From an uncultured Thermoleophilaceae bacterium (GTDB taxonomy: Bacteria > Actinomycetota > Thermoleophilia > Solirubrobacterales > Thermoleophilaceae): DNA of 64,000 bases. Numbering within the stretch: the first letter of the stretch is position 1; each line of letters starts with the position of its first letter. The notes under the pieces are model-generated. The model worked only from the letters and a program-made list of their open reading frames with translations, was not told the origin of the DNA and did no database searches. The stretch covers positions 14,347 to 78,346 of the forward strand of contig CAVWIW010000014.1 of NCBI GenBank assembly GCA_963755215.1. The letters are read 5' to 3'. Positions 1 to 7,250 of this stretch are shown piece by piece. The position numbers and the translations under genes were made by a program.

Positions 1-44
1 TTCCGCCAGCCGGCGCGCACGATGAGCGCGATCGGCGGGTAAAC

Positions 45-590
45 CTAGGCGGCGCGGCCGGGCGCCAGCTCGGCCACCGTGGGCGTGAGGGACGCCACCC
101 GAGCTGTGACCTCGAGGGCGTCACCTGCGCCGACCGAGCCCTCGGCCAGCACGCGCAGGTAGGCGCCCGGGCGACCCGCACGCGCGAAGCGCTTCACGAA
201 CTTCTGGTCGCCGACCTTGGCCGCGAGCTTCTGGCACGGCAGCCGCGGCTGGCTGACCGCCAGCTCCAGGTCCCCGATCGACCAGCGGTCCCCCGGACGC
301 GCGCCGCTCACGCCGACGCCGCGCAGCGTCAGGTTCTCTCCGAAGAACCCCGGCCCCAATTCGCGGCCCAGCTCTGACTCCCACCACTCGATGTCCTCGA
401 TGGCATAGGCGTAGACGGCCTTATCCTCGCCGCCGTGGACCTCGCGGTCGGCCTGGACGTCGTCCACCAGCCCCATGGGCCCGACCGCCACCCGCCCGTC
501 GACCGGGCGCTTGAAGATGCCGGTGGGCACCTCCCTGCCAGACACCACCAGCATGCGCGGCTCGGCGACGTTGACAGACACGACCTCCAT
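45..590 (-). CDS. MOSC domain-containing protein (YiiM-like)
   Basis: 181-aa ORF with MOSC-type pattern (GENLTLRGV, conserved Cys in SQPRLPCQKL, GAYLRVLAEG). Family call from reading the translation. Confidence 0.8.
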   Translation of the reverse strand: MEVVSVNVAEPRMLVVSGREVPTGIFKRPVDGRVAVGPMGLVDDVQADREVHGGEDKAVYAYAIEDIEWWESELGRELGPGFFGENLTLRGVGVSGARPGDRWSIGDLELAVSQPRLPCQKLAAKVGDQKFVKRFARAGRPGAYLRVLAEGSVGAGDALEVTARVASLTPTVAELAPGRAA

Positions 591-683
591 GCCTTCAGAC
601 TAGGGCCGGTGGCGGCCTACCGGATAACGGTGCGCGCGGGCGCGCGCGTGGAAAGAGAGGGCGCGTCCGAGATCGACGCAGCG

Positions 684-953
684 ATGACGGCGCTGGAGCG
701 CCGCGCCCGGGCGCTGGAGAGCGACGCACCCGCCAGGGCCGTTGGCGGCACGCTCATGCGCAAGTTCGAGCCCGTGCAGCAGGTGGTGGGCCGAGTGGAG
801 CTGTCGGGGCCCCGCCGGTTGCGCGCGGGCGTGGACGTGCGCGGCGACGGCTCCGCCGAGGCGTTCATGGGCCGCGTCCGGCGGCGGCTCGTGGCCCAGC
901 GCCCGGGCGAGTCCCCGTACGACGCACTGCGGCGGGAGCTGGCGGGGCCGTGA
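684..953 (+). CDS. hypothetical small protein
   Basis: In-frame ATG inside the 435..953 ORF. Its stop overlaps the next start (GTGA at 950-953). No family recognised and the start is uncertain. Confidence 0.35.
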   Translation: MTALERRARALESDAPARAVGGTLMRKFEPVQQVVGRVELSGPRRLRAGVDVRGDGSAEAFMGRVRRRLVAQRPGESPYDALRRELAGP

Positions 954-1258
954 CCGGGGCGCCCGAGCCGCGCTGGCGGGTGGCGCTCCCGCGCGGCGCT
1001 GAGCGGCCGTTTCGCGTGTTCGTGAACGGCATCCCCCAGCGGGAGGGCACGGACTACTCGGTGGAGGGGCGCGAGCTGGTCTTCGCACGCCCGCTGGAGA
1101 AGGAGCGGCTGGGCTTCTGGCGCTGGACCGCTATCTTCCTCGCCCTGTTCGGCAGCTACCGCAAGAACGACTCCGTCGACGTCCAGTACGAGGTCAACGG
1201 GCGCAAGACCGTGGCCACCGGGCTGGAGATCCGCCCGCCCGAGCAACCATCCGCCTAA
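950..1258 (+). CDS. hypothetical protein with one hydrophobic segment
   Basis: 102-aa ORF with a GTG start overlapping the upstream stop. Has hydrophobic stretch FWRWTAIFLALFG. No family recognised. Confidence 0.45.
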   Translation: MTGAPEPRWRVALPRGAERPFRVFVNGIPQREGTDYSVEGRELVFARPLEKERLGFWRWTAIFLALFGSYRKNDSVDVQYEVNGRKTVATGLEIRPPEQPSA

Positions 1259-1283
1259 GGCCGCCCGGGTACCCTTCGCGCCC

Positions 1284-2180
1284 ATGCGCATCGATGAGAT
1301 CCTCCGCGAGCGGCGGCCCGTCTTCTCGTTCGAGTTCTTCCCGCCCAAGACCGACGCCGGGTACGAGAACCTCCGCGCTACCCTCGACGCGCTGCGCGAC
1401 GACGAGCCCAACTTCGTGTCGGTGACCTACGGCGCGCTGGGATCCACCCGCGACCGCACGATCGACATCGTGAAGTGGATCAAGCAGGACCTGGGCATCG
1501 AGGCGATGGCCCATTTCACCTGCGTCGGCGCCACCCGCGAGGAGCTGCGCGAGACGCTGGGCGAGATCGAGGCCGCGGGCGTGCAGAACGTGCTGGCGCT
1601 GCGCGGCGACCCGCCCGCCGGCGAGACCGAGTGGAAGCCCACCGAGGGCGGCCTGCTCTACAGCACCGAGCTAATCGAGCTGCTGCGCTCGGACTTCGGC
1701 TTCGCCGTCGGCGCGGCGGCATTCCCCGAGGTGCACCCCGAGGCCGAGAGCGGCGAGGCCGACATCCGCTTCCTGCGCGCCAAGCAGGACGCCGGGGCGC
1801 AGTTCCTGATCACCCAGCTCTTCTACGACAACGAGCTCTACTTCGACTTCGTGGCCCGCGCCCGCGAGGCCGGCATCACGGTGCCGATCATCCCGGGGAT
1901 CATGCCTGTCACGAGCTTCCGCAACATCAAGCGGATCACCGAGCTGTGCAAGTCGGAGATTCCCGAGCCGTTCGAGCGCGAGCTGGAGGCGCGCGAGGAC
2001 GACGAGGCGGCGGTGCAGGACCTGGGCGTGGCCTACGCGACGCTCCAGTGCGTCGACCTCCTGGCGCGCGGCGCTCCCGGCATCCACTTCTACACGCTCA
2101 ACCGCTCGCCCGCCACGCGGGCGATCCTCGCCGCGCTGCGCGCCGCCCAGCCGTGGACGCGCGCGGCGCAGCCGGTCTAG
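1284..2180 (+). CDS. metF: 5,10-methylenetetrahydrofolate reductase
   Basis: 298-aa ORF with N-terminal FSFEFFPPKT, VSVTYGALGSTRDRT, LALRGDPP and YTLNRS motifs typical of MetF. Confidence 0.9.
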   Translation: MRIDEILRERRPVFSFEFFPPKTDAGYENLRATLDALRDDEPNFVSVTYGALGSTRDRTIDIVKWIKQDLGIEAMAHFTCVGATREELRETLGEIEAAGVQNVLALRGDPPAGETEWKPTEGGLLYSTELIELLRSDFGFAVGAAAFPEVHPEAESGEADIRFLRAKQDAGAQFLITQLFYDNELYFDFVARAREAGITVPIIPGIMPVTSFRNIKRITELCKSEIPEPFERELEAREDDEAAVQDLGVAYATLQCVDLLARGAPGIHFYTLNRSPATRAILAALRAAQPWTRAAQPV

Positions 2181-2197
2181 CGCCCCGGCCCAGACCG

Positions 2198-3769
2198 TCA
2201 GCGAACGACCACGAACCTGCGCTTCCCCAAGGCGCGTCCATACTTCCGCGCCGCCGGCCTGCCCTCGCCGGGCCACACGAACCAGGTGTAGCGGCCGGCC
2301 ACCAGACGGCGCCGCCGGCCGGCGAAGCGCCAGCTTCCGTGCAGCTGCAGCCGGTTGGTGCGCGGCCACCGGCTGAGCACCTTGCGGCCGGCGCGGAAGA
2401 GCTGGACGTTGTAGTACCGCGCTCGCTTGACCGGCTTCCAGATCAAGAGCGGCGGCTGCTTCAGCCTCCCGCCGTTCGCAGGAACGAGCAGAGGCGACGA
2501 CGTGGGCACAGCGCTGGTCTCGTCCCAGGACCGGTTGCCGGCCCTGTCGACCGCTCCCACTCGGTAGCGGTAGCGAACGCCGTTGCGCAGTTCCCGGCCG
2601 GTGAACCTGCGCCCCGCGCCGCGATACAGGACCACGTCGGCGCCGGGGTCGAGCCGCACGACCTCGAAGCTCAACCCGTCCGCCGGCAGCGACCAAGTCA
2701 GGCTGACCCGGCGGTGGCCTGGCAGCGCCTGGGCCCGCGGCGCGCCGGGGGGAGTGGCGTCGTAGGCGACGGTGTAGGACGCGGTGCCGACGTTCCCGGC
2801 GCGGTCGCGACAGCGGCCGGACACCGGCACCGCCTGGCCATCCGGCCCGCCGAAGCCGACCGTGTCGCAGCCCGCCACCCCGGACGTGCCGTCGCTGCCC
2901 TTGAACGACAGCGTCACCGGACGGTTGAACCAGCCGCCGTAGTCCGGCGGGCGGCTGGACGTGAAGCCCTGCCCCGTGGGCGGCACGCGGTCGATTCGGA
3001 TCGGAACGCTGTGCGCCGTGGTCATGAAGGGATCGCCGAGTTCCCGGATTTCGCAGTTCGCCCTGGCGGTCGCCGTGTCATTCGTGAACCGGGTCTCGAA
3101 GCAGTTCCCGCCGTTCGGCATGGCGATCAGCTGATCCCAGTCCCACCGCAGAGTGACACTCGAGCGGTACCAGCCGAGGCAGTTCGCCGGCGCCGGCGAG
3201 CACGCGTATGTCAGCGCCGGCGCCGCCCGTGCCTCGGCCGGCAACCCGGCGAGGACCGCCAGGACCACCAGCGCCGGCCCCGCGAGCCGGACCATCAGGC
3301 GGAGGCTGGCCGTGCCGGCTGCCACCAGGAGCAGCAGCCCCACGGCGGCGCGCAGGAGCGGCCCCCTGTCGGCCGTCTCACCCGTCACGGGCTTCAGCGG
3401 CAGCCGCGGCCAGGCCGTCGCGCGCTGCAGCGAAGCCGGCAGCGCGCCGGCAGCGCCGACCGGGGTCCGCTCCCGGCGTGCCTCCCGGCGTTTCGGCGCC
3501 GGCCGCGAGGCCGGGACGGGCACCGCGACTCTGCTCGGCGCGACCACGCGTACCGGACGGGCGTCGACCGGGGGCGGCGTGCGTGCAACCGGAGCGGATC
3601 GCGTCTCGGCGGCGGGCGGCTGCGCCGCGGGGGCCGGATCGGGCGCAGGCGCGGGCGCGCTCGTCGGCGAGGGTGCCGGGTCAGGCGCGGGAGGGGCGGC
3701 AACCGACAGGACCGGCGCTGCGACGAGGACGAGCGCGGTGAAGCAGAGCCAGAGCCCGAAGACGCGCAA
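2198..3769 (-). CDS. exported Pro/Ala-rich protein with Ig/fibronectin-III-like C-terminal region
   Basis: ORF 2198..3832. Preferred start is TTG at 3769 with AGGAGGG 7 nt upstream, giving a signal-like MRVFGLWLCFTALVLVAAP. A long Pro-rich spacer and a second hydrophobic segment follow, then a beta-rich Cys-containing part with an FN3-like pattern (RVSLTWSLP...YRYRVGAVDRAGN). Confidence 0.6.
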   Translation of the reverse strand: MRVFGLWLCFTALVLVAAPVLSVAAPPAPDPAPSPTSAPAPAPDPAPAAQPPAAETRSAPVARTPPPVDARPVRVVAPSRVAVPVPASRPAPKRREARRERTPVGAAGALPASLQRATAWPRLPLKPVTGETADRGPLLRAAVGLLLLVAAGTASLRLMVRLAGPALVVLAVLAGLPAEARAAPALTYACSPAPANCLGWYRSSVTLRWDWDQLIAMPNGGNCFETRFTNDTATARANCEIRELGDPFMTTAHSVPIRIDRVPPTGQGFTSSRPPDYGGWFNRPVTLSFKGSDGTSGVAGCDTVGFGGPDGQAVPVSGRCRDRAGNVGTASYTVAYDATPPGAPRAQALPGHRRVSLTWSLPADGLSFEVVRLDPGADVVLYRGAGRRFTGRELRNGVRYRYRVGAVDRAGNRSWDETSAVPTSSPLLVPANGGRLKQPPLLIWKPVKRARYYNVQLFRAGRKVLSRWPRTNRLQLHGSWRFAGRRRRLVAGRYTWFVWPGEGRPAARKYGRALGKRRFVVVR

Positions 3770-3844
3770 TAGGTCACCCTCCTGGTGTCGTAACTCGCGT
3801 CCGGGGCCACCGTAGACCCCGGCCGCCGGCAAGTCAACGGAGCG

Positions 3845-3872
3845 GCCGCCGGCCCGCGGACGGGCCGGCGGC
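3845..3872 (-). terminator. GC-rich hairpin between the repeat-protein gene and the next gene
   Basis: Perfect 12-bp stem GCCGCCGGCCCG / CGGGCCGGCGGC with a 4-nt loop, 37 nt downstream of the stop at 3909. No clear U-tract, so it could be a terminator or attenuator. Confidence 0.4.
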
Positions 3873-3908
3873 GCACCGTGTGAACTCAGCTCACCTCGTT
3901 CTTGTCCG

Positions 3909-4982
3909 TCACCTCCTCACGACGCCCTGAGCCTGGGCCAGCGCCTGCTCGAGCGCGTTGTAGTTGGCCGCGAACGAGGCGGCGCCCGACGCGTTCGACT
4001 GCGTCAGGTCGCCCCCGCCGCCGTAGCTCGCGAACCGCAGGGCCAGGCTCTTGTTCTCGGGGTAGACCTGCTTCGAGTCCGCCCACGAATCCGCGTCCTG
4101 GTAGTTCCGCGCAGCCTGGCCGGCGGCCTGGATCCCCAGCCCGCCGTGGCATCGACAGCTCGAGCCGTCCTGGCTCTGGTCGATGGCCTGCGCTGTGCGA
4201 TTGGCGTTCAGGGCCTTCGAAAGCGCCACGGACTCGTTGCTCTGAGTCACGTCGCCGTCGTCGCCCTTGCTCAGCACGCGCACGGAGAGCGCGTTGTTCT
4301 CCGGCTTGTACTGCTTCGACTCGGCCGAGGACTCGGCGCCCTGGGTCGAGTACGCGTGCTGTCCGGCTGCCTGGATCCCAACCGAGCCTTCGCAGCACTT
4401 GGGATCGGAGTCCTTGCGGTCGCCGTGCTCTTCGTGCGAGCAGCACCGCGACCCGTCCTGCGCCTGCCGGATCGCCTGCCCGAGCCGGTTCTCGTTGACC
4501 GCGTACGACTTGGCGGCCGACTCGTTGCTCTGCGAGACGTCTCCGTCGTCGCCAGGGCTGAGAACCCGCACCGAGATGTTGCGATTGGTGGGCTTGACCT
4601 GCGTGGAGTCCGCCCTGGAGTCCGCCGACTGATCGTTGACGGCCTTCTGACCGGCCTCCTGCACCGCGGCGCCACCGGAGCCGGCCTGCCGCTGCTCGAC
4701 CGCCTGCGCGGTGGAGTTGCCATTGGCGGCGCCGGACTCGGCGGTGGACGTATTGCGCTGGGTCACCGAGCCGTTGTCACCGGGGCTCAGGACCCGGACC
4801 GAGATGTTGGTGTTGCTCGGTCCGTACTGCGTCGAGGTCGCGCCCGACTGAGCGGACTGCTCGTTGGCGGCGGTCTGCTCCGAGACCTGGCCGCTCGCGG
4901 GGGCGTCGGCCATTGCCGGCCCGGCACCCACCCCAAGGGCTGCCGCGCTCACGACCAGCGCGACGAAACGGTTGCGTTTCAT
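3909..4982 (-). CDS. secreted Q/N/S/A-rich tandem-repeat protein (four imperfect repeats of 76-95 aa)
   Basis: 357-aa ORF with SD GAGGAGAA upstream of the ATG and a signal peptide (MKRNRFVALVVSAAALGVGAGPAMA|DA). Four repeats each carry N-x-S-V-R-V-L-S-P-G-D-x-G-x-V-T-Q-S-N-x-S followed by an A/S/N/Q ladder. Cys pairs (CC...CC, C-R-C) lie between repeats. Confidence 0.8.
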   Translation of the reverse strand: MKRNRFVALVVSAAALGVGAGPAMADAPASGQVSEQTAANEQSAQSGATSTQYGPSNTNISVRVLSPGDNGSVTQRNTSTAESGAANGNSTAQAVEQRQAGSGGAAVQEAGQKAVNDQSADSRADSTQVKPTNRNISVRVLSPGDDGDVSQSNESAAKSYAVNENRLGQAIRQAQDGSRCCSHEEHGDRKDSDPKCCEGSVGIQAAGQHAYSTQGAESSAESKQYKPENNALSVRVLSKGDDGDVTQSNESVALSKALNANRTAQAIDQSQDGSSCRCHGGLGIQAAGQAARNYQDADSWADSKQVYPENKSLALRFASYGGGGDLTQSNASGAASFAANYNALEQALAQAQGVVRR

Positions 4983-5055
4983 GTCGTTCTCCTCTGCGTC
5001 TTGACTTGGGCCGGGAGGTCGTTCCCCCCGGCGGGTCGCGAAGAGCCGACAGGCG

Positions 5056-6162
5056 CTAGCCAGGCCGTTCGAGCCTGCGTGAGCCGATGAAAGAGGCGAA
5101 CCTCGGGATGCGCGCCCAGACCGGGCCCAGGGCGCGTGGCGCGATCAGGCTCAGCGCGCCGAGCAGCACCACCAGGAGCACCGACGACGAGCCGCCCGGC
5201 GGGCCGGGAGCCGACGCGGCGGGCCGCGCCACGGCAGGCATCTCGAACGGGCCCGTGGACCCTTTACCCGCCTCGGGGTTCCGTCCCCGACGGGTATCCA
5301 GGCTGGGAGACGAGCGCTGCGAAGCAGTGGCCGCGAGGGGAACGGCGTACCCGGTCACCGGGCCCGCAGCTGCGGGGATACGGGCCGGTTTGAATGGCGC
5401 GCCGCCGCCCTGGACCTGGCGCGGCTCTGAGCGCCCCGCGGCGGGTGACGGCCCGCTCTGCTCGGGGGCGGTGCCCTGCGGACGGAGCCCATCCGGGGGC
5501 TGCACGGCGCCGCGTCGGGGCAGCTCGGAGGGGGTGCGCGCGGCGCCGTCCTTGCTCCGGTCACCGCGCGCCCCGGCCAGGCCTCCGCAATCCCAGTCCC
5601 AGTCCCACCTCCAGCCCGCGGCCGTGGCGGGTGGGGTCGCGGCGGGGTCGCACGTCCAGTCCCAGTCCCAGTCCCAGCAATCGGTGCCCACGAGCGGGCC
5701 GCTCGGCGCGCGGGCGCCGCCGCCGCTCCCCGTGAGCTGGACCACGTCCCCGTTGTCGCCGGGACTGAAGATTCGGATGTCCACGTTCACGTTCGCCGGT
5801 GGTCCAGCCGCCGTTGGTGGCTGCACGCTGCGTGCGTCCGGCTCGAGGGAGGGCGGGTCAGCGGTCGGCGCCACGGTCGGGGCCTCCCGGGCGGGCTCGG
5901 CCGCGGGTGCGGGCTCGGCCGGCGCGGTCGGGGGCGCGGTCGCTCCCCCACCGGCCGAGGCCTCCTCGGGACGATGCTGCTGCGACGGATCCAGCGCGGG
6001 GTCCGGCGCACCGTCCGGGGTCGCCGCCGGCGCGACGGCGCCGCCGGACCCGCCCGCGCTCGAGACCTCAGCGCTCGAAGGCTCAGGACATCCCATCGCG
6101 ATGGCCAGCGCGGCGAGAAAGCCGGCGACCATCCTGAGAGCGTTGCTTGGCGTGCTTGCCAT
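5056..6162 (-). CDS. exported (possible lipoprotein) Pro-rich protein with SPGD motif, WDWDWDW blocks and C-terminal hydrophobic anchor
   Basis: 368-aa ORF. N-terminus MASTPSNALRMVAGFLAALAIAMGC looks like a signal with a lipobox-like AMGC. It has one copy of NVNVDIRIFSPGDNGDVVQ, the blocks CWDWDWDWTC and WRWDWDWDC, and C-terminal SSVLLVVLLGALSLIAPR followed by basic residues. Confidence 0.65.
   Translation of the reverse strand: MASTPSNALRMVAGFLAALAIAMGCPEPSSAEVSSAGGSGGAVAPAATPDGAPDPALDPSQQHRPEEASAGGGATAPPTAPAEPAPAAEPAREAPTVAPTADPPSLEPDARSVQPPTAAGPPANVNVDIRIFSPGDNGDVVQLTGSGGGARAPSGPLVGTDCWDWDWDWTCDPAATPPATAAGWRWDWDWDCGGLAGARGDRSKDGAARTPSELPRRGAVQPPDGLRPQGTAPEQSGPSPAAGRSEPRQVQGGGAPFKPARIPAAAGPVTGYAVPLAATASQRSSPSLDTRRGRNPEAGKGSTGPFEMPAVARPAASAPGPPGGSSSVLLVVLLGALSLIAPRALGPVWARIPRFASFIGSRRLERPG
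5592..5677. repeat. two blocks of hexanucleotide (CCCAGT)n repeats encoding the W-D repeats
   Basis: Block 5592..5607 and block 5655..5677 are tandem CCCAGT units on the + strand (ACTGGG = W-D on the coding strand). They are in frame. Confidence 0.7.
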
Positions 6163-7250
6163 GGCAGTTCACCCGACAAGTACCGGCGAAACGCAGCCCC
6201 GGGCGAAATTCCCCGCGCCAGAGGCCGATATCGGAGATACTGCGGGGCGATATCGCGCCCTCCCGTCAAGGAAGGAGGGGGGTCTTCACGAAACAGCAGC
6301 TCAGCAGTGAGCGCGCGACGGCCACGGGCCGCCTCCTCACGGCCTACCGCGAGGAAGGCGACATCCGCGCGCGTGACCGGCTCATCCAGCTCTACATGCC
6401 GCTCGTCGAGACGCTTGCCCGCCGGCACGGCCGTCGCGGGGCGGAGCTCGAGGACCTCGTGCAGGTGGGCTCGATCGGCCTGCTCAAAGCGATCGACCGC
6501 TTCGATCCCCGCAAGGGCGAGGAGCTCACGGCCTACGCAGTCCCGACGATCTCCGGTGAGATCAAGCGCCACCTGCGCGACCGGGGGCGAGGCGACCCGG
6601 CCGCGCTGGAGCAGGCAGGGGCCTTGAGCCATCGCGGGGAGGCCGACGCCGAGCCCGAGTCCGAGGTGGACGACCGGATCCTGCTGGCCGGCGCGTTCGA
6701 GGCGCTCGACGACACGGAGCGAAAGGTCATCTACCTGCGCTACATCCGCGAGCGGAGCCGGCGCGACACCGCGAAGGAGCTCGGGATGACGGACGATCGG
6801 CTGCGCAGGAGCACGCAGGCCGCGCTCGCCAAGCTGCGCGGAGAGCTCGAGCGGGGCGCCCTCCCGGCTCCGACCCGGGAAGCGCCCGCGCCGCTGGCAC
6901 CCAGCGAGCGCCCGCCGGAGCCTGGTCCCGCCCCGGCACCCGTCGCGGAGCCCGCCAGGGACCGCAACGGCGGTTCGCACAGCGGCCGGCTGCTGGTCCG
7001 GATGCCGCAGTCCCTGCACGACGAGCTCGCCAGCGCGGCGGAGGGCGACCGCGTGAGCCTGAACCAGTTCATCACCAATGCACTGGCGTCAGCCGTCGGA
7101 TGGAACCAGCCGCGGAGCCCGGAGCCGCCGCCGAGCGAGCCGCAGCCACCCCGGCTGCTGCGGGCGGCGATCGTGACGAACATCGTCGTGCTCGCGCTGG
7201 CCGGAGTCGCGGCGCTGCTCCTGCTGGTGGCCTGGCAGCAGGGCTGGTAA
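6147..7250 (+). CDS. sigma-70 family factor (regions 2 and 4 only) fused to a ribbon-helix-helix (HicB/Arc-like) domain and a C-terminal transmembrane helix
   Basis: Region 2 motifs LEDLVQVGSIGLLKAIDRFDP and PTISGEIKRHLRD. Region 4 ALDDTERKVIYLRYIRERSRRDTAKELGMTDDRLRRSTQAALAKLR. RHH-like SGRLLVRMPQSLHDELASAAEGDRVSLNQFITNALASAVGW (about 6981-7103). TM AAIVTNIVVLALAGVAALLLLVAW (about 7164-7235). The start is uncertain: the only in-frame canonical starts are TTG 6147/6156, and the strong SD GGAAGGAGGGGGG at 6270-6282 has no canonical start after it. Confidence 0.75.
   Translation: MACLPWQFTRQVPAKRSPGRNSPRQRPISEILRGDIAPSRQGRRGVFTKQQLSSERATATGRLLTAYREEGDIRARDRLIQLYMPLVETLARRHGRRGAELEDLVQVGSIGLLKAIDRFDPRKGEELTAYAVPTISGEIKRHLRDRGRGDPAALEQAGALSHRGEADAEPESEVDDRILLAGAFEALDDTERKVIYLRYIRERSRRDTAKELGMTDDRLRRSTQAALAKLRGELERGALPAPTREAPAPLAPSERPPEPGPAPAPVAEPARDRNGGSHSGRLLVRMPQSLHDELASAAEGDRVSLNQFITNALASAVGWNQPRSPEPPPSEPQPPRLLRAAIVTNIVVLALAGVAALLLLVAWQQGW

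Noticed and set aside
600-1411. Minus-strand ORFs 600..1088 and 617..1411 opposite the two small plus-strand ORFs
   Set aside because: Their translations are Arg/Pro/Ala/Ser-rich low-complexity sequence. The plus-strand pair shows start/stop coupling and more balanced composition, although those calls are themselves only weak.
1475-3772. 765-aa plus-strand ORF spanning metF and the antisense of the FN3-like gene
   Set aside because: The translation is extremely Arg/Pro/Gly/Ala-rich. It overlaps metF in a different frame, and the real genes explain the region.
6981-7103. HicB-like RHH segment as evidence of a HicAB toxin-antitoxin system
   Set aside because: There is no HicA-like small ORF adjacent, and the RHH is in frame with the sigma factor and followed by a TM helix. 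I treat it as a fused domain, not a TA module.
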